Below, piece after piece: positions 50,990-63,985 of a DNA stretch of 64,000 nt. Position 1 is the stretch's first letter; each line of letters opens with the position of its first letter. The position numbers and the translations under genes were made by a program. The notes below the pieces were generated by a model, which did no database searches, was not told the DNA's origin, and saw nothing but the letters and a program-made list of their open reading frames with translations. This DNA comes from Antedon mediterranea (taxonomy: Eukaryota; Animalia; Echinodermata). The stretch is from contig NC_092672.1 in the NCBI RefSeq assembly GCF_964355755.1, forward strand, positions 30,138,437 to 30,202,436. The letters run 5' to 3'.

Positions 50990-51640
50990 CACACAATTAA
51001 AGAAGGAATCACACATTTAAAGAAGAAATCACACAATTAAAGAAGGAATCGCATATAAACAAAAGAAAGCATGAAAATATAAAACGAAATGCACAAATAA
51101 AGAAGAAACGCACAATTAAAGAAGTTCGCAACAAAATCAAAAGCTCCTCGCACAATTAAAGAAGTCCGCAACAAATTTGAAAGTACCTCGCACAATTAAA
51201 GAAGTTCGCAACAAATTCGAAAGCTCCTCGCACATTAAAGAAGTCCGCAACAAATTCGAAAGTACCTCGCACAATTAAAGTACAGTAGTCCGTATGGAAC
51301 GCCATCGCTGCCTCCGGCAGCAAACTTTAATTCTATTCGGCTCTTTTACCATTACGTTCGGCTCTTTTACCATTCGGCGCATTTCTATTCGGCCCATTTA
51401 CCGCCATTACGTTCGGCTCTTTCAGCATTCGGTGCATTTCTATTTGGCCCATTTACCATTACGTTCGGCTCTTTCAGCATTCGGCTCTTTTTTATTCGGC
51501 CCATTTACCATTACGTTCGGCTCTTTCAGCATTCGGCTCTTTTTTATTCGGCCCATTTACCATTACGTTCGGCTCTTTTTGATTCGGCCCTTTTTTATTC
51601 GGCTATTTCTGCATTACGTTGGGCTCTTTTTAAATCGGCA
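50990..51640. repeat. Two adjacent short-unit tandem arrays: CACAATTAAAGAAG-type (50990-51280) and TTCGGCTCTTT/TTCGGCCCATTT-type (51330-51640)
   Basis: Units read directly from the sequence. Probably subterminal repeats of DNA transposon remnants (inference). Confidence 0.75.
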
Positions 51641-52450
51641 TTTTTTTATATGGCGCAATAAAATTCTAATATTTTACATGGGGTCAAATGGAAGAAAATC
51701 AACGGCTGGAAATGAGAGTCTATGAAACGTTTACAAAACATATAGATGCAGCATGTAGAGTGTTTGGTTGGTTGAATTAAATGAATTTGAAGGCTATTTC
51801 AATATGACTAATCATTTTATTGACATGATTAATGTGTTAGAGAACTTGCAATTGTCCCACCTTATTGACCATTTTGAGAGAGAAAAGGTTTGATTTATGG
51901 CCTAGGCTAGCTAGGCCTAGCCTAGTGTCAGCCTAACATTTAATAATAATAATTTACCCTTTCTCTCTCAAAATATGTTAAAAGATGAATTCATTTTAGG
52001 TTCTTTCAACACATTTTTTTTTAAGGGTTTATTGACAGTTTTATGATTTTTAAACAAATATAAACATATACTTTGCGAGTATTTTGAGACCACAACTATC
52101 ACTTTCTGAGAGAGAAAGTGAGATATTCATATGACCAATTTATTGACCAGTGGTAAGAAAAGGGGTTTCCGTCAACTTTTGGCAAAAGTTTCCCATTAGA
52201 GTGAATAGAAATATGGGTCTTCTGAGTAGTTTGGTACAAAAAATATTCCAACAAACCCAGTAGTTACCAAGTTACGCAAAGTCTTAACTTTGATGACCAT
52301 ATTGACCTTTTGGCCCCTGTACTGACCAAGCATCCCAATTTTTTTCGGCCAACAGCAAAATATTGATTTGTATTGATATAAGGAAGCAAAAAAACATTGT
52401 TGGCATAGTTTGCTAGAGGGTGCAGGTAAACCCTTTCTGGCTCTCCAACT

Positions 52451-52710
52451 AAAAAGGACGTTGATTTGGTCTCGGAACGAGCGTACACTCGCGATCGCAA
52501 CGCAAACACAATCGCAAACAGAAATCAACAAGTCAGCAATTATTGACCATGCTCTGCGCAGACAAATCACGCTCTTGATTGGGATAATTTGAAAGTAGTT
52601 GACAGGGAATCGGTCAGATTAAGACACTGGGTTAAGGAATCCATCTGGATCAGGAAGCCCCAATTTTAATAGAGATGGGGGCAGTTACAAACACAGTCAA
52701 GTGTGTACCA
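52451..52710 (+). mobile_element. Penelope-like element GIY-YIG endonuclease C-terminal fragment, frameshifted
   Basis: Stitched translation: KKDVDLVSERAYTR..SQTEINKSAIIDHA..TNHALDWDNLKVVDRESVRLRHWVKESIWIRK..NRDGGSYK. This fits the Penelope SAI-H..DW..RE..KE(A/S)I.I..NRD-G pattern. Confidence 0.75.
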
Positions 52711-53470
52711 AGGTGTTGACCCTGTCATCTAGAGGTCAACGGTGACATACGTGTCACTACACTTCGTCGTGCATGTCCGTCCGTCCCTGTTTGTCAGTAG
52801 CTTACTTTTTTATTCTTTTTGGTGGATCCAGGCTTAAAGCCCCTTGGGGTTTAAATGGTATTCTCCAGGCATAATGCAACTATTATTTACTTAATTTCCA
52901 ACCACTTGTATCTTTTATATTTTGTATATGTTTGCATTATGTGAATAAATTTGAACTTGAACTTGAACTTGAGAAAGCCAAATTATAGTACTGATAGGTA
53001 AATAATAATCGTTAATTATTTACTATTACAATCTACGGTTGAGATATAATTAATTATTATATTTTATTAATAATAAATGTTAACTATTGTATTACTGTGC
53101 TTATGTGGTTGTAAATTGTAGTAATTAAATCCACCAAATCATACATACATCGATAAGACATTAACCGATTCAGTTTAAAACCAGTTTAAGGTAAACATTT
53201 TAAATTTAAATTAATTTTTGTTTCTATCCACTCTACCATTTTCATATAAAGATATTGTGGAACCACGTCAGGTCAAGTTCAATATTGAATATCGAAACGT
53301 GACAGACTGAAGGCGCCTGACCTTTGACAAGATCGCCTAAATTTATAAATTTAAACTTACAATCCTTAGTGTTGTATATTCTGGTACAGCCGCTCCATAA
53401 TCTCTTTGCTTTTCTTCCATATCTATATTTTATTTTTTTTTTTTAAATTTATACTAACAAATATCTTTTT

Positions 53471-56400
53471 ATTACCTCCGCCAAGGAGGTTATGTTTTCA
53501 CCCCTGTATGTATGTGGGTGTGTCTGTGAACAGCCTGGAGGCCACAGTTTTTATCCGATTTTCACCAAATTTGGCCACAATGATCTATTTCATTTCATTT
53601 CATTTATTTATTTTACTTTACAAATATATAAATATAAAGTGGAGGAGCCTAAAAGAAAGCAAATCTTGTGGTGAATAGGCTCCTCAAAACAAAACAAATA
53701 AAATATAATAATACAACACAATTAGAAACTCCAAAAAAACTTTTAACTAATTTAACTAATATCTTTTCTCTAACACATAAGTTTAACATGTTTAAAACTA
53801 AAAAAACAAGTAAAAAAAATAGATTATATAAATTATTTAAGAAATATCAAATATATCAATAATAAAAGAATTTACAAAGAACCTTCAATCAATATTAGTT
53901 TAAATTGACGTTTAAATAAAGCACAGTTATGAGATTTTTTAAGAGATAAAGGAAGAGAATTCCAGAGTTTAGGTCCAGTGTATACAAGGGTATTCATTTT
54001 AAGACTAGTTCGAGTAAATGGCAGGTGATACTGATCTTTTTGTCTTGTTTTGTGAGTGTGGTATTGTTTATTTTGAGTGAATTTACTGGATATTATAGGT
54101 GGTAAGTGTCCGGCGGTTAATTGAAACATGATGACACCAACATTAAATCTATAGAGATCCTCAATTTTTAATATTTTATTTTTTTGAAAGAGATCTTGGG
54201 TGTGAGCACGAAAAGTTACCCCTGAGATAATTCTGACAGCTCGTTTCTGGATTAATAAAATTTTAGTAATAATTGATTTTGAAGCATTTCCCCAAGCAAG
54301 AACACCATAATTTAAGTACGATAAAATAAGAGTAGAATATAAAATATTTAATACTTTTTGAGGAAATATTGATTTCAATTTATACATCATGCCAACATTT
54401 TTTGATAATAATTTGCAAAGGTAATTAACATGGGCTTTCCAGTCAAGTCTGTCGTCAATAAATATACCAAGAAATTTTGTGTTGGTTATTTGATTAATAG
54501 GAACATTGTTGAAAATAATATCTTTTGGTAACATACTATATTTGTTACTAAACAACATAACATTGGTTTTTAGCATATTTAGTGATAGCTTGTTTGCATG
54601 TATCCAAGTAGTAACCTACTTGATTAACGATCTCACAGAGACTATCTGGATCATCATGTGAATAAAACAGACTTGAATCATCCGCAAACAGTATTGACGA
54701 CATGACATTAGATATATTATTGAAATCATTTGCATAAATTATGAAGAGAAGTGGGCCCAGAATCGAACCCTGGGGGATACCACATGTAACAGGTCTGCAG
54801 CTTGATTCAAAATTATTTAATGATACAAATTGTTGCCTATCAGAAAGGTAACTTCTAAACAATTTTTGAGCCACCCCTCTAATTCCATAGTTTGATAATT
54901 TATGCAGTAAGATTTCATGATTAGGCCTAACTGTATCGAAAGCTTTGGAGTAATTGAGGAAAATACCAATTGTATGCATATGATTATCTAAGGCTGATGT
55001 AATCATGTCAACGAAGTGTAAAATGGCATGTGACGTAGTGTGCTTTTCTCTAAAGCCAAATTGAATGTTTGAAAAAATATTACACTGGTTTAAAAAATGT
55101 AAAGTCCGCATATATACAAGCTTTTCTAACATTTTTTAAAGTGATGTCAATAGTGAAATTGGTCGGTAATTTGATGCTTCTTGAGGACTTCCTTTCTTTA
55201 ATACAGGAATTACTTTCGCAATTTTCATTCTTTTAGGGACACACTCGTTACATATTGAAAGATTATATATATGAGTTAAAGGCGTAACAATGTTGGGAAT
55301 AATGCTTTTAATTAAATCATTGCTTATTCCATCAAATCCAGGACTTTTTTTTTTCTTAAGGGTATTTACACTATCAATAACGTCCATTTCCGTTATTGGA
55401 ACGAAAAAAATACTGTTTTTATTCGGATCATTCATATAACTATGAAAAAATTTGTTTGTAGTTGGAATCGATTGTGCTAAGTGCCAATATTTGAGAAATA
55501 TTCATTGAGGTGTTCAACTATGATCTGTTTGTCATCGATAGTTTGACCATTAATTTTTAATTTTCCGATCGCTTTGCGACTTTGGTCGGGATTCAATACA
55601 GAATTTATCACTTTCCACGTTCCTCTTACATCATTGTATACGGATTGAAATTGACCGAAAAAATAGTCTTTCTTAGCAGAACGTATTAGGGATGTAAGAA
55701 TATTTTTATATTTGTTATATTTCGTATTAGATTCGACTGTTTTAGAAATTTTAAATTTATAAAAAAATTTGTTCTTCTTATTTATTGATTTTAATATAGA
55801 CCTTGATATCCATGGCATACGAGGGATTTTTTTTACGACTTCTGACACGACTTGCCCTTTGACTAAAACATTCATTTTGAAGAAATTTAAGTCTTTCCAT
55901 AAATACATCAAAAGACTTGTTAGCGTCATTTTCATCTAGAACTAATTGCCAATCAGAGTTTGCCAAACGTTCTTTAAAGTGAGCCAACCCTTGATCATCA
56001 AATGCGTCATAATCAAGGTATGAATTAGTAATGTTAAAATCAATCATAATACATATGCATAGTAATATTAATATTTAAGATATTTATAATACTTTGTGTT
56101 AGCATTTTTTTGGAGTAAATAATAAATAGATAAAAAATAATAATAAATAAAATAAAATATAATTATAATAAAGTATTTTCTTTCTGACATGTTTAGGAAA
56201 AAAATTAAATAGTAGCATGCTCCGCCAATTAAACAATTTAAGAAATTAAAAGAAAGCAGTTACAAAATAGTGCAATTAAAGTTGGTTGCCATACAACAAA
56301 CCATTAACATTCATAGAGGTTACCATTTCTGAAAGTTGGTTGCTTCCCCTTTTCATAGGCCGTGATCATTACTTCTCAGGATAATGTATACAAATTAAAA

Positions 56401-56820
56401 GCTCGGACGAGTTCGAATTTGAGGGGAAAAGGTTATAGGTCAAGGTCACAACTAACAAAAAACTATTTTACTGCCTAGAGACCACAGTTTTTATCCGATT
56501 CTCACCAAACTTAGCCACAATGATCAATGACTCATCATATAATTGTGGTTAAATTTTGAAGGGTCAAGGTCAAAGATCAAGGTCCACGAAAAAAAAAAAA
56601 AATAATAAAAAAAACCTTAGTGGGAATTGAACCAGCGATCTCAACTGTGAGAGGCTGGATACATAACCATTACACAAAACTCTCATCCACAACTTTGTAG
56701 TGTGCAGTTAGCCTATTTACACTTATAATAATACACTAATAAAAAAAAACAAAAAAACAAATGTGATGTAGAGGAATTTTACAGTAGGCGGAGGTTTCTA
56801 CTCTCGGAGTACCCTCTAGT
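53471..56820 (+). mobile_element. Helentron-associated (HINE) family 2 element split by a LINE insertion
   Basis: 5' end TTATTACCTCCGCCAAGGAGGT (subterminal inverted repeat plus hairpin). 3' end GGCGGAGGT plus the stem-loop TACTC-TCG-GAGTA, ending CTAGT. Internal repeat CCACAGTTTTTATCCGATT at ~53542 and ~56482. Confidence 0.65.
53588..56047 (-). mobile_element. Degraded LINE ORF2 (CR1/L2 group, reverse transcriptase), 5'-truncated, multiple frameshifts
   Basis: ORF pieces: PWISRSI, KSPGFDGI, NYRPISLL, QFGFR, SKAFDTV, GIPQGSILGPLLF, LFADD, KFLGIFIDDRLDWK, GPKLWNSLP. (TGAAA)n tail at ~53588-53605. Confidence 0.93.
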
Positions 56821-56984
56821 TAATATTATAATCATAATAATAAATATTAAAATATATATAAAATAATGATTATCGCATAATATACAGTCTAGGATAATTT
56901 GATTGATATACAAATTAATCATTACACACAACTACTATCTTCATCTCCTTATGGGGAATCATGTGTATTAACGAGAAGATATTA

Positions 56985-57215
56985 CAATTCAGTGACTTGT
57001 TTCTATTTGATATCACTGTGCTCCCCTGGCGCCAAATTAGGTCCACTTGAGCACAGTGTATTAAAATACGAAAATATGTTAACATTCAGTGACTTGTTTC
57101 TATTTTATATCACTTTGCTCCCCTGGCTCCAAATACACTTGAGCACAGTGTATTAACATACGAAAAGATATTAAAATTCAGTGATTTGTTTCTATTTTAT
57201 ATCACTGTGCTCCCC
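56985..57215 (-). repeat. Same ~97-bp minisatellite, reverse orientation
   Basis: TTCAGTGACTTGTTTCTATTTTATATCACTGTGCTCCCCTGGCGCCAAATT units. Confidence 0.8.
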
Positions 57216-57239
57216 TTTCATGTAGGCCTACTATACTTT

Positions 57240-60200
57240 ACTGTGTTTGTTCTAAAAGCAAGTAGAACACAACGTCGAAAAATGAACAAAAATGAAGACC
57301 GGGGTGAAAGAAGGAAACAAATTACTATCAGCGAAGATTACACAGCAAGAGTTCGTAAGATCAGAAAAAATTTACAACCAAAAATAGATGAAGCTATTAA
57401 AAGCGGAAAACCGTTCAAAATAAGATACGATAAACTCATTATTGATGACGAAACTTTTACATATGATATAGATAATGATAAAGTAGTTAAGTATAGTAGA
57501 TATAAACCTAGATAGGGGTCCGGCCATGGCCCAAACACATATCAAATAAACAACAAATGTAATAATATTATTGGTACAATTGTTGATAATGACGTAAATG
57601 ACAATAATAATAATAATAAAGGTGAGAATAATAACGAAAATCAGGAAAAAGAAAATATTGACAATACAACTAATAATGGTCAAACAAATGGTATAGATAA
57701 CGATAACATAAACGCCGACGTTAATAATAGGAATAACAACGTCAATAATAACAATATATATACCAATGTTACAAATAAAAATATAAGTAAAAGTATTTAC
57801 ACGTCCACCTCTTTAAAGACTATTGTGTGGAATATAAATGGTTTAAAAAGTAATTTTAGTGATTGAGAATTTATAAAATTTATTTGTGATTTCGATGTAA
57901 TATGTTTGGTTGAAACTTGGACAACTTATAGTGATGACTACTACATTAAGGGATATAATTGTATAAGTAAAATGCAAGAAAAGTTACAACACCGTGGTAG
58001 AAATACAGGTGGAATTATGATATATTATAAAACTAATATCAAAGTTAAAGAATTACCTAGCTTATCTAAGTATATTATGTGGTTACGAATCAAAACGGAG
58101 AATGATTCTATAATAATGGCTGTAGTTTACAGACCACCACAAAACTCCCCATATGCTAATAATAACAATTTATATGAAATACTTACAAACGAATACGCTG
58201 AATATTTATATAAATATAATAATAAAAATCAAATATTCATTGTTGGAGACTTCAATGGTAGAACAGGAGATTTATTGGATTATGTCAACAACGATGTATG
58301 CCCAATAGATTGGGATAACGAATTATATATTGAAGATGATGAAGATAATGTAAAAATTAGAATTAATGAAGATGACGTCACGAATAATTATGGCATAGAT
58401 CTTCTCAATTTTTGTAAAGAAACGAATTTAAGAATTGCTAATGGTAGAATTAACCCAATGTATAGTAAAAGCTACACTTTCATAGGACAAGGCAAAAGCG
58501 TAGTCGATTATATATTGACAAAAGCTGATAACTTCAGGTACATAGCAGATTTGAAAGTAGAAAATAGAATAGAATCTGATCATATGCCAATTACGTTTCA
58601 ATTAGGCCTACTAACTAAAGATAATATAAAAATAAAAAAACTAAATATTGAAAATTGTCCTAATCCTAAACAAACTAAATTCAATTGGTCAGAAACATAT
58701 ACTGAAACATTTAAATTAAGATTACAGCATAATAAAATCGATGAACTTAAAAATGAAATAACTAACTTGATGATAACCTAATTGATGAGGCTGTTTCAAC
58801 TGTAGGTAGATTGTATGAATATGCATGTAAAGGAATTATCCATAGGAATTCCAACAATAAAACAACTAAAGCTAAAGACACATGGTATGACAATCAATGT
58901 CTTGCACTTAAAAACAAAGTTCGAAGAAATTTAAATAGATTCCGACACAATCGTACACAAACATTGCTTAATGCATACCTGGAAATAAAAAAAGAATATA
59001 AAACATTAATAAAAAATAAGAAATACAGCTATATTAAAAGATCACGTACAGAATTGATTAGATCATTAGGATAAAAAAACTCCAAATCATTCTGGATTAA
59101 ACTAAAACAAACAAACCCAAATTTTCCAAGTAACATATGTATTAATACATGGCGCACTCATTTCGAATCCTTATTTCATATTGTTGAAAATAGAGATAAT
59201 CAAAATGTAGAAAGTATCATTAATGATGAACCTGCTGTAAATGAAAACGAACCTAACCTAAATAATGACATTACAGTAGATGAGGTAATTCATGCCATTA
59301 AATCCCAAAAAACAGGCAAATCACCTGGAATCGATGGATTATTACCAGAACTTTTTATACACTCATCTCAAAATGTAATCAATCTAATAACAAAATTATA
59401 TAATATAATTTATAATACAGGACAGTTTCCACAGCAATGGGCAACCAGCCTTATTGTCCCAATATTTAAAAAAGGTGACAAAGAACAACCAGAGAATTAT
59501 AGAGGAATATCACTTATTCCTGTTTTTGCTAAAATTTTCTTACATATTATCAATAAAAGATTACAATTTTGGGCAGAAGATAATAACATTCTACATCAGG
59601 AACAAGCCGGTTTTAGAAAGGGGTTCAGAACATCGGATAATGTATTTATTCTTAACACAATCATTAATAAATACCTATGAAAAAAACGTGGGAAAGTATA
59701 TGTTGCTTTCATTGATTTTAAACGAGCCTTTGACTCCATAGGACATCAATATCTTCACATAAAACTAAAAAATTCAGGAGTAAAATGAAAAATGTTAAAC
59801 GTTATTAATTCAATGTACAATAAGTTATCAGCACATGTTAAGGTCGACGGCAATATTAGTAATTCTTTCAAATGTCTAATAGGTATACAACAGGGTTCGC
59901 CACTCTCGTCCTTTTTATTTAATGTTTTTATTAATGATTTGAGTGAAACATTAAATGAAGAAGGCGACGAGCATAAAATCCAAATAGGAAATCTAAAAAT
60001 TAATCATTTACTCTATGCAGATGACCTTATGTTATTTGGTGATACCGTTTATGGTCTACAATATTATTTAAACAAGTTATCTACCTATTGTACAAGATGG
60101 GATGTAACTGTCAATGTTAACAAGAGTAATATTATGGTGTTTAAGAATGGTGGTAATCTTAACAAATTTGAAAAATGGAATTACAATGGAAATACAGTTG

Positions 60201-61320
60201 ACATTGTCAAATCCTTTAAATATTTAGGAGTTGTTTTCAACTCAAATGGTAATTGGAATAAAGCCAAAGAATACAATTGTCAACAAGCTAATAAGGCTTT
60301 GTTCACATTAAAAGGATTGACCCATAGACGTTTTGGTAACCTCCAAGTTAATATATGGAACCATATATTTGATGTTAAGATTATGCCAATCTTACTTTAT
60401 GGTAGCGAAATATGGGGTTTAAATGATATATCAGTATTAGAGAAAGTTCATCTAAGATTCTGTAAATACATTCTAGGAATAGGTAATTCTGCACCAAGTG
60501 TTGCAGTGAGAGGAGAATGTGGAAGATTCACTATCCAAATTCAAATTATCATTAATATAATTCGTTATTGGCTTAGAGTAATCCAAATGGATAATGACAA
60601 ATTTATTAAACAATGTTATGATTTTCAATATAGAAAAGCTCAAAGAAATGAGCAATGTTGGACCAATGACGTAAAACAAATACTATGCATAAATTGATTT
60701 GGTAACATATGGTACTCACAACAGGTTAATAATATATATACTTTTATTTCAAATTTTAAACAAAGGCTTACAGACATTGAACGACAGAAATTCTACGAAG
60801 ATACTAGGCTACACTCTAAGCTCCAATATTACAAGCACGTTAAATATAAGTTTGGAATTGAAGAATATCTAACAAAAGTAACAAATTACAAACATAGACA
60901 AATTATGACTAAGATACGACTAGGAATTTTAGAATTAGAAATTGAAAAAGGAAGATGGAATTGTATAAATAGAAATGAAAGACTATGCAAATTATGTGCT
61001 TTACAATCAATTGAAGATGAATATCATTTCACTTTAGTTTGTCCATTTTATTCAGATATTAGAACTAAATATATGTTTTCCTTTTATACAAACAACCCAA
61101 CTAAATTAAAATATATTTATCTTATGTCTGCCACAAATACTGATCTTATTGTTAAACTTGGAAAATATTTATTTTTTTCATTTAAACGTAGAACAGAATT
61201 TTTTAACGCACTCAACTGATATTTATTTAATATTGTATTACATTGTATATTATTTGGGCCAAAGGCCATATATAATAAATGTTTCTTGGATCTCCAAGAA
61301 AGAAAGGAAAGGTGTTTGAT
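57240..61320 (+). mobile_element. Degraded LINE (RTEX/L1-like): ORF1 C-terminus plus ORF2 with APE endonuclease, RT and a CCHC motif
   Basis: ORF1-like ISEDYTARVRKIRK..IRYDKLII. APE motifs WNING, ETW, VGDFNGR, VDYIL, SDHMP. RT motifs GIQQGSPLS, LLYADD, FKYLG. C-terminal CKLC..EDEYHFTLVCPFY. Stops and frameshifts occur throughout. Confidence 0.92.
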
Positions 61321-61371
61321 AATGATAAATGAAATGTATTAATATTGTACCATAAAGATACTTTATGACCA

Positions 61372-61665
61372 TAAAGGTAAAGTCGAAACCTAAGCTAATG
61401 CTAACGGCCGTGGTGCCCATCTCCATTTCCATAGCGTTTGGGCCAGACTCCACTAAGTGTGTATGTTTGTGGGGGGTACGCCACTCCTCCCGCACAAACG
61501 AGTCTGATTTACCTTCCCAGTACTTTTTATATACCGGTACCCATTTCTATCACCTGGGTGGGGAGGAAAAATGTGGATAAAGAATCTTGCTCAAGGACTC
61601 AACACTGCAGTGACCGAGCCGGGGCTTGAACCGACAACCTCTTGATTGCAAGTCCAATGCATATG
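61372..61665 (-). mobile_element. CORE-type tRNA-derived SINE
   Basis: The reverse strand has a tRNA-like head (GGACTTGCAATCAAGAGGTTGTCGGTTCAAGCCCCGG) followed by a CORE-like CCTTGAGCAAG..CACCCAGGTG..AAATGGGTACC. Confidence 0.65.
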
Positions 61666-62011
61666 TATATGTATATGACCATAAGTTAAATATATTTAGT
61701 GATTAGACATCACGCAATGCCATAGTAACAACCATTCTTGCTAATCAGTAAACTCCATATTTTATCAGATATAGGCCTACATGCCGCTGAGACGAATAGA
61801 AAACTCACAAGTACGAACAGTAATTGTGACACTACTAGAGAGAACATCGATGTTTTAAGAAATATCACCGTATATTCTGTGAGTATATATGTTATGTTAT
61901 TTTAATAAATCACTGATAGTGGCTTGAAACTATTTTTTCTTTTGCTACCAAGTTTGAAATATTTTTGAATTCCAGAAGTACTTTTTCTGAATGTTTTGTA
62001 TGTGACTATTT

Positions 62012-62450
62012 CCCTGTGCTTCCATATGGTGCCAACTGCCAAATTGGGTCCACTTGAGCACAGTGTATTAAAATACTAACAAAGATATTAAAATTCAGTG
62101 ACTTGTTTCTATTTTATATCACACTGTGCTCCATTGGTGCCAAATTGGGCCACTTGAGCACAGTGTATTAAATACGAAAAGATATTAAAATTCGGTGACA
62201 CTTTCTATTTTATATCACTGTGCTCACTGGCGCCAAATTGGGTCCATGTGAACACAGTGTTTTAAAAGACCAAAAGATATTAACATTCAGTGACTTGTTT
62301 CTATTTTATATAACTGTGCTCCCCCGGCGCCAAATTGGTTCCACTTGAGCACAGTGTATTAACATACGAAAATATATTAACTTTCAGTGACAATTGTTTA
62401 TATTTTATATCACTGTGCTCCACTGGTTCAAAATTTGGCCCACTTGAATC
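62012..62450 (-). repeat. Same ~97-bp minisatellite, reverse orientation; continues at 63310-63444
   Basis: About 4.5 units here and about 1.5 further units at 63310-63444. Confidence 0.8.
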
Positions 62451-63587
62451 GGTATTTTTATTTCGCAACATATACTTACTCCGCTGCTGCACAGCCTGTT
62501 CAATAATGGTACTGTAGGCTACTATTCCTATTCCCTTGTAAAATGGAAGGAAAATCTACAACCATCTACAAGCCCCGGTTTATATTATCGTGTGCTTTTA
62601 AATTAACATTAAATCTAATAACATTATTCAACAATTGTTCACTATATATTACTTAATGAGTATGTAGAAGATGAAAAAGAAATACTAACAGAAACTTGAG
62701 CGAAATTGTATACAAGAAGAATACACACGTGGTTAGCCTGTAGTAAAAAGCTATTCTCGAAGCTTCGTTTGTTCGCGGGTAAAATACCTAGATAGGAATT
62801 TTCATTCGTGAAAATGACGGGGATTTTTTTCATCCAATAGGAATAAATGTTATATGAGAAGAATCTATGAACATTCAGCTTTCTTTTGATCGGGGAACAA
62901 CAAGGTTTGTGATTGGTGAAATACAAATGATCATTTAAAATCAATCCAGACACTAAAAAGGGGAAAATACTAAAACAATCACAAAAGAATTTCCTTTCAG
63001 ATGCTGAGGGGAACACGGAAATCCGACAAGTATTAGCTGAGGATACGACTGTAGAAAGACGAGAAATGTCATAATACAGCTTATGTCTGTGCGAAATACC
63101 GCGTGAATCTATAATGTCAGGCTACTCCAGTGGGTGTCTCGAAAACAGAAACCTCGAAAACAGAGACCAGAGACCCAAGACCCAGGGTCTCTGTTTTCGA
63201 GAAAATCTCGAAAACAGAGAGCCCCACTAAAACGTAATATTGAGACGTTTTAGTGGGGGGTCTCGGGTCTCTGGTCTCTGCTGAGCGGAAATGTTGCACG
63301 AAGAATCCATTTATCACTGTGCTCCACTGGCGCCAAATTGGGTCCACTTGAGCATAGTGTATAAACATACGATAAAATATTAAAATTAGTGACTTATTTC
63401 TATTTTATATCACTGTGCTCCACCGGTGCCAAATTTGGTCCACTCATAGAGATATCTCTATGGTCCACTCTGGACCGGGACCGCAGTACTATTTTTATTG
63501 CGGAAGTTAATAAAGGCATACATGGCGAGAGAATGCTCCAGTCGTCAGAATGACGCTCTGAATATACCTCGCAATTGGGGAAATATG

Positions 63588-63985
63588 TGAATTGACCTAG
63601 AATCATAGGCCTAGAATCGTATCGCAGTTGTAATAAAATCACTTGTTGCTATACGCTTGGGTGCACACGAACAACAAAATTTAACTGATGAATTATTCAT
63701 GTTTTAAATATATTGTGACGTTTAATGAGGGGTCCCCAACTAATGTACGGAAAAACAATCGCGCCCCGGGAGCGATTTTTTTTTTCGTACTTAAGTTGGG
63801 GACCCCCCTCATGAAACGTCACAAAATAAACATGAATAATTCATCAGTTAAATTTTCTTGTTCCGTGTGCACCCAAGCGTATAGCAACAAGTGATTACAA
63901 CTGCGATACGATTCTAGGCCTATGATTACACATTACTGCGATACGATACTTTTACAGTAGGCCTAGGATTCTAAGTCAATTCACG
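63588..63985. mobile_element. Foldback-type palindromic MITE, ~400 bp
   Basis: The left arm ATCACTTGTTGCTATACGCTTGGGTGCACACG..TTAACTGATGAATTATTCATGTTT is inverted in the right arm. Outer ends are GTGAATTGAC and GTCAATTCAC. Confidence 0.7.

Noticed and set aside
51294-51725. 143-aa repetitive ORF
   Set aside because: It is a by-product of a stop-free short tandem repeat, with no splice or homology support.
62642-63016. 124-aa ORF between satellite blocks
   Set aside because: No recognisable motif or splice structure on either strand, so I cannot support it as a gene.
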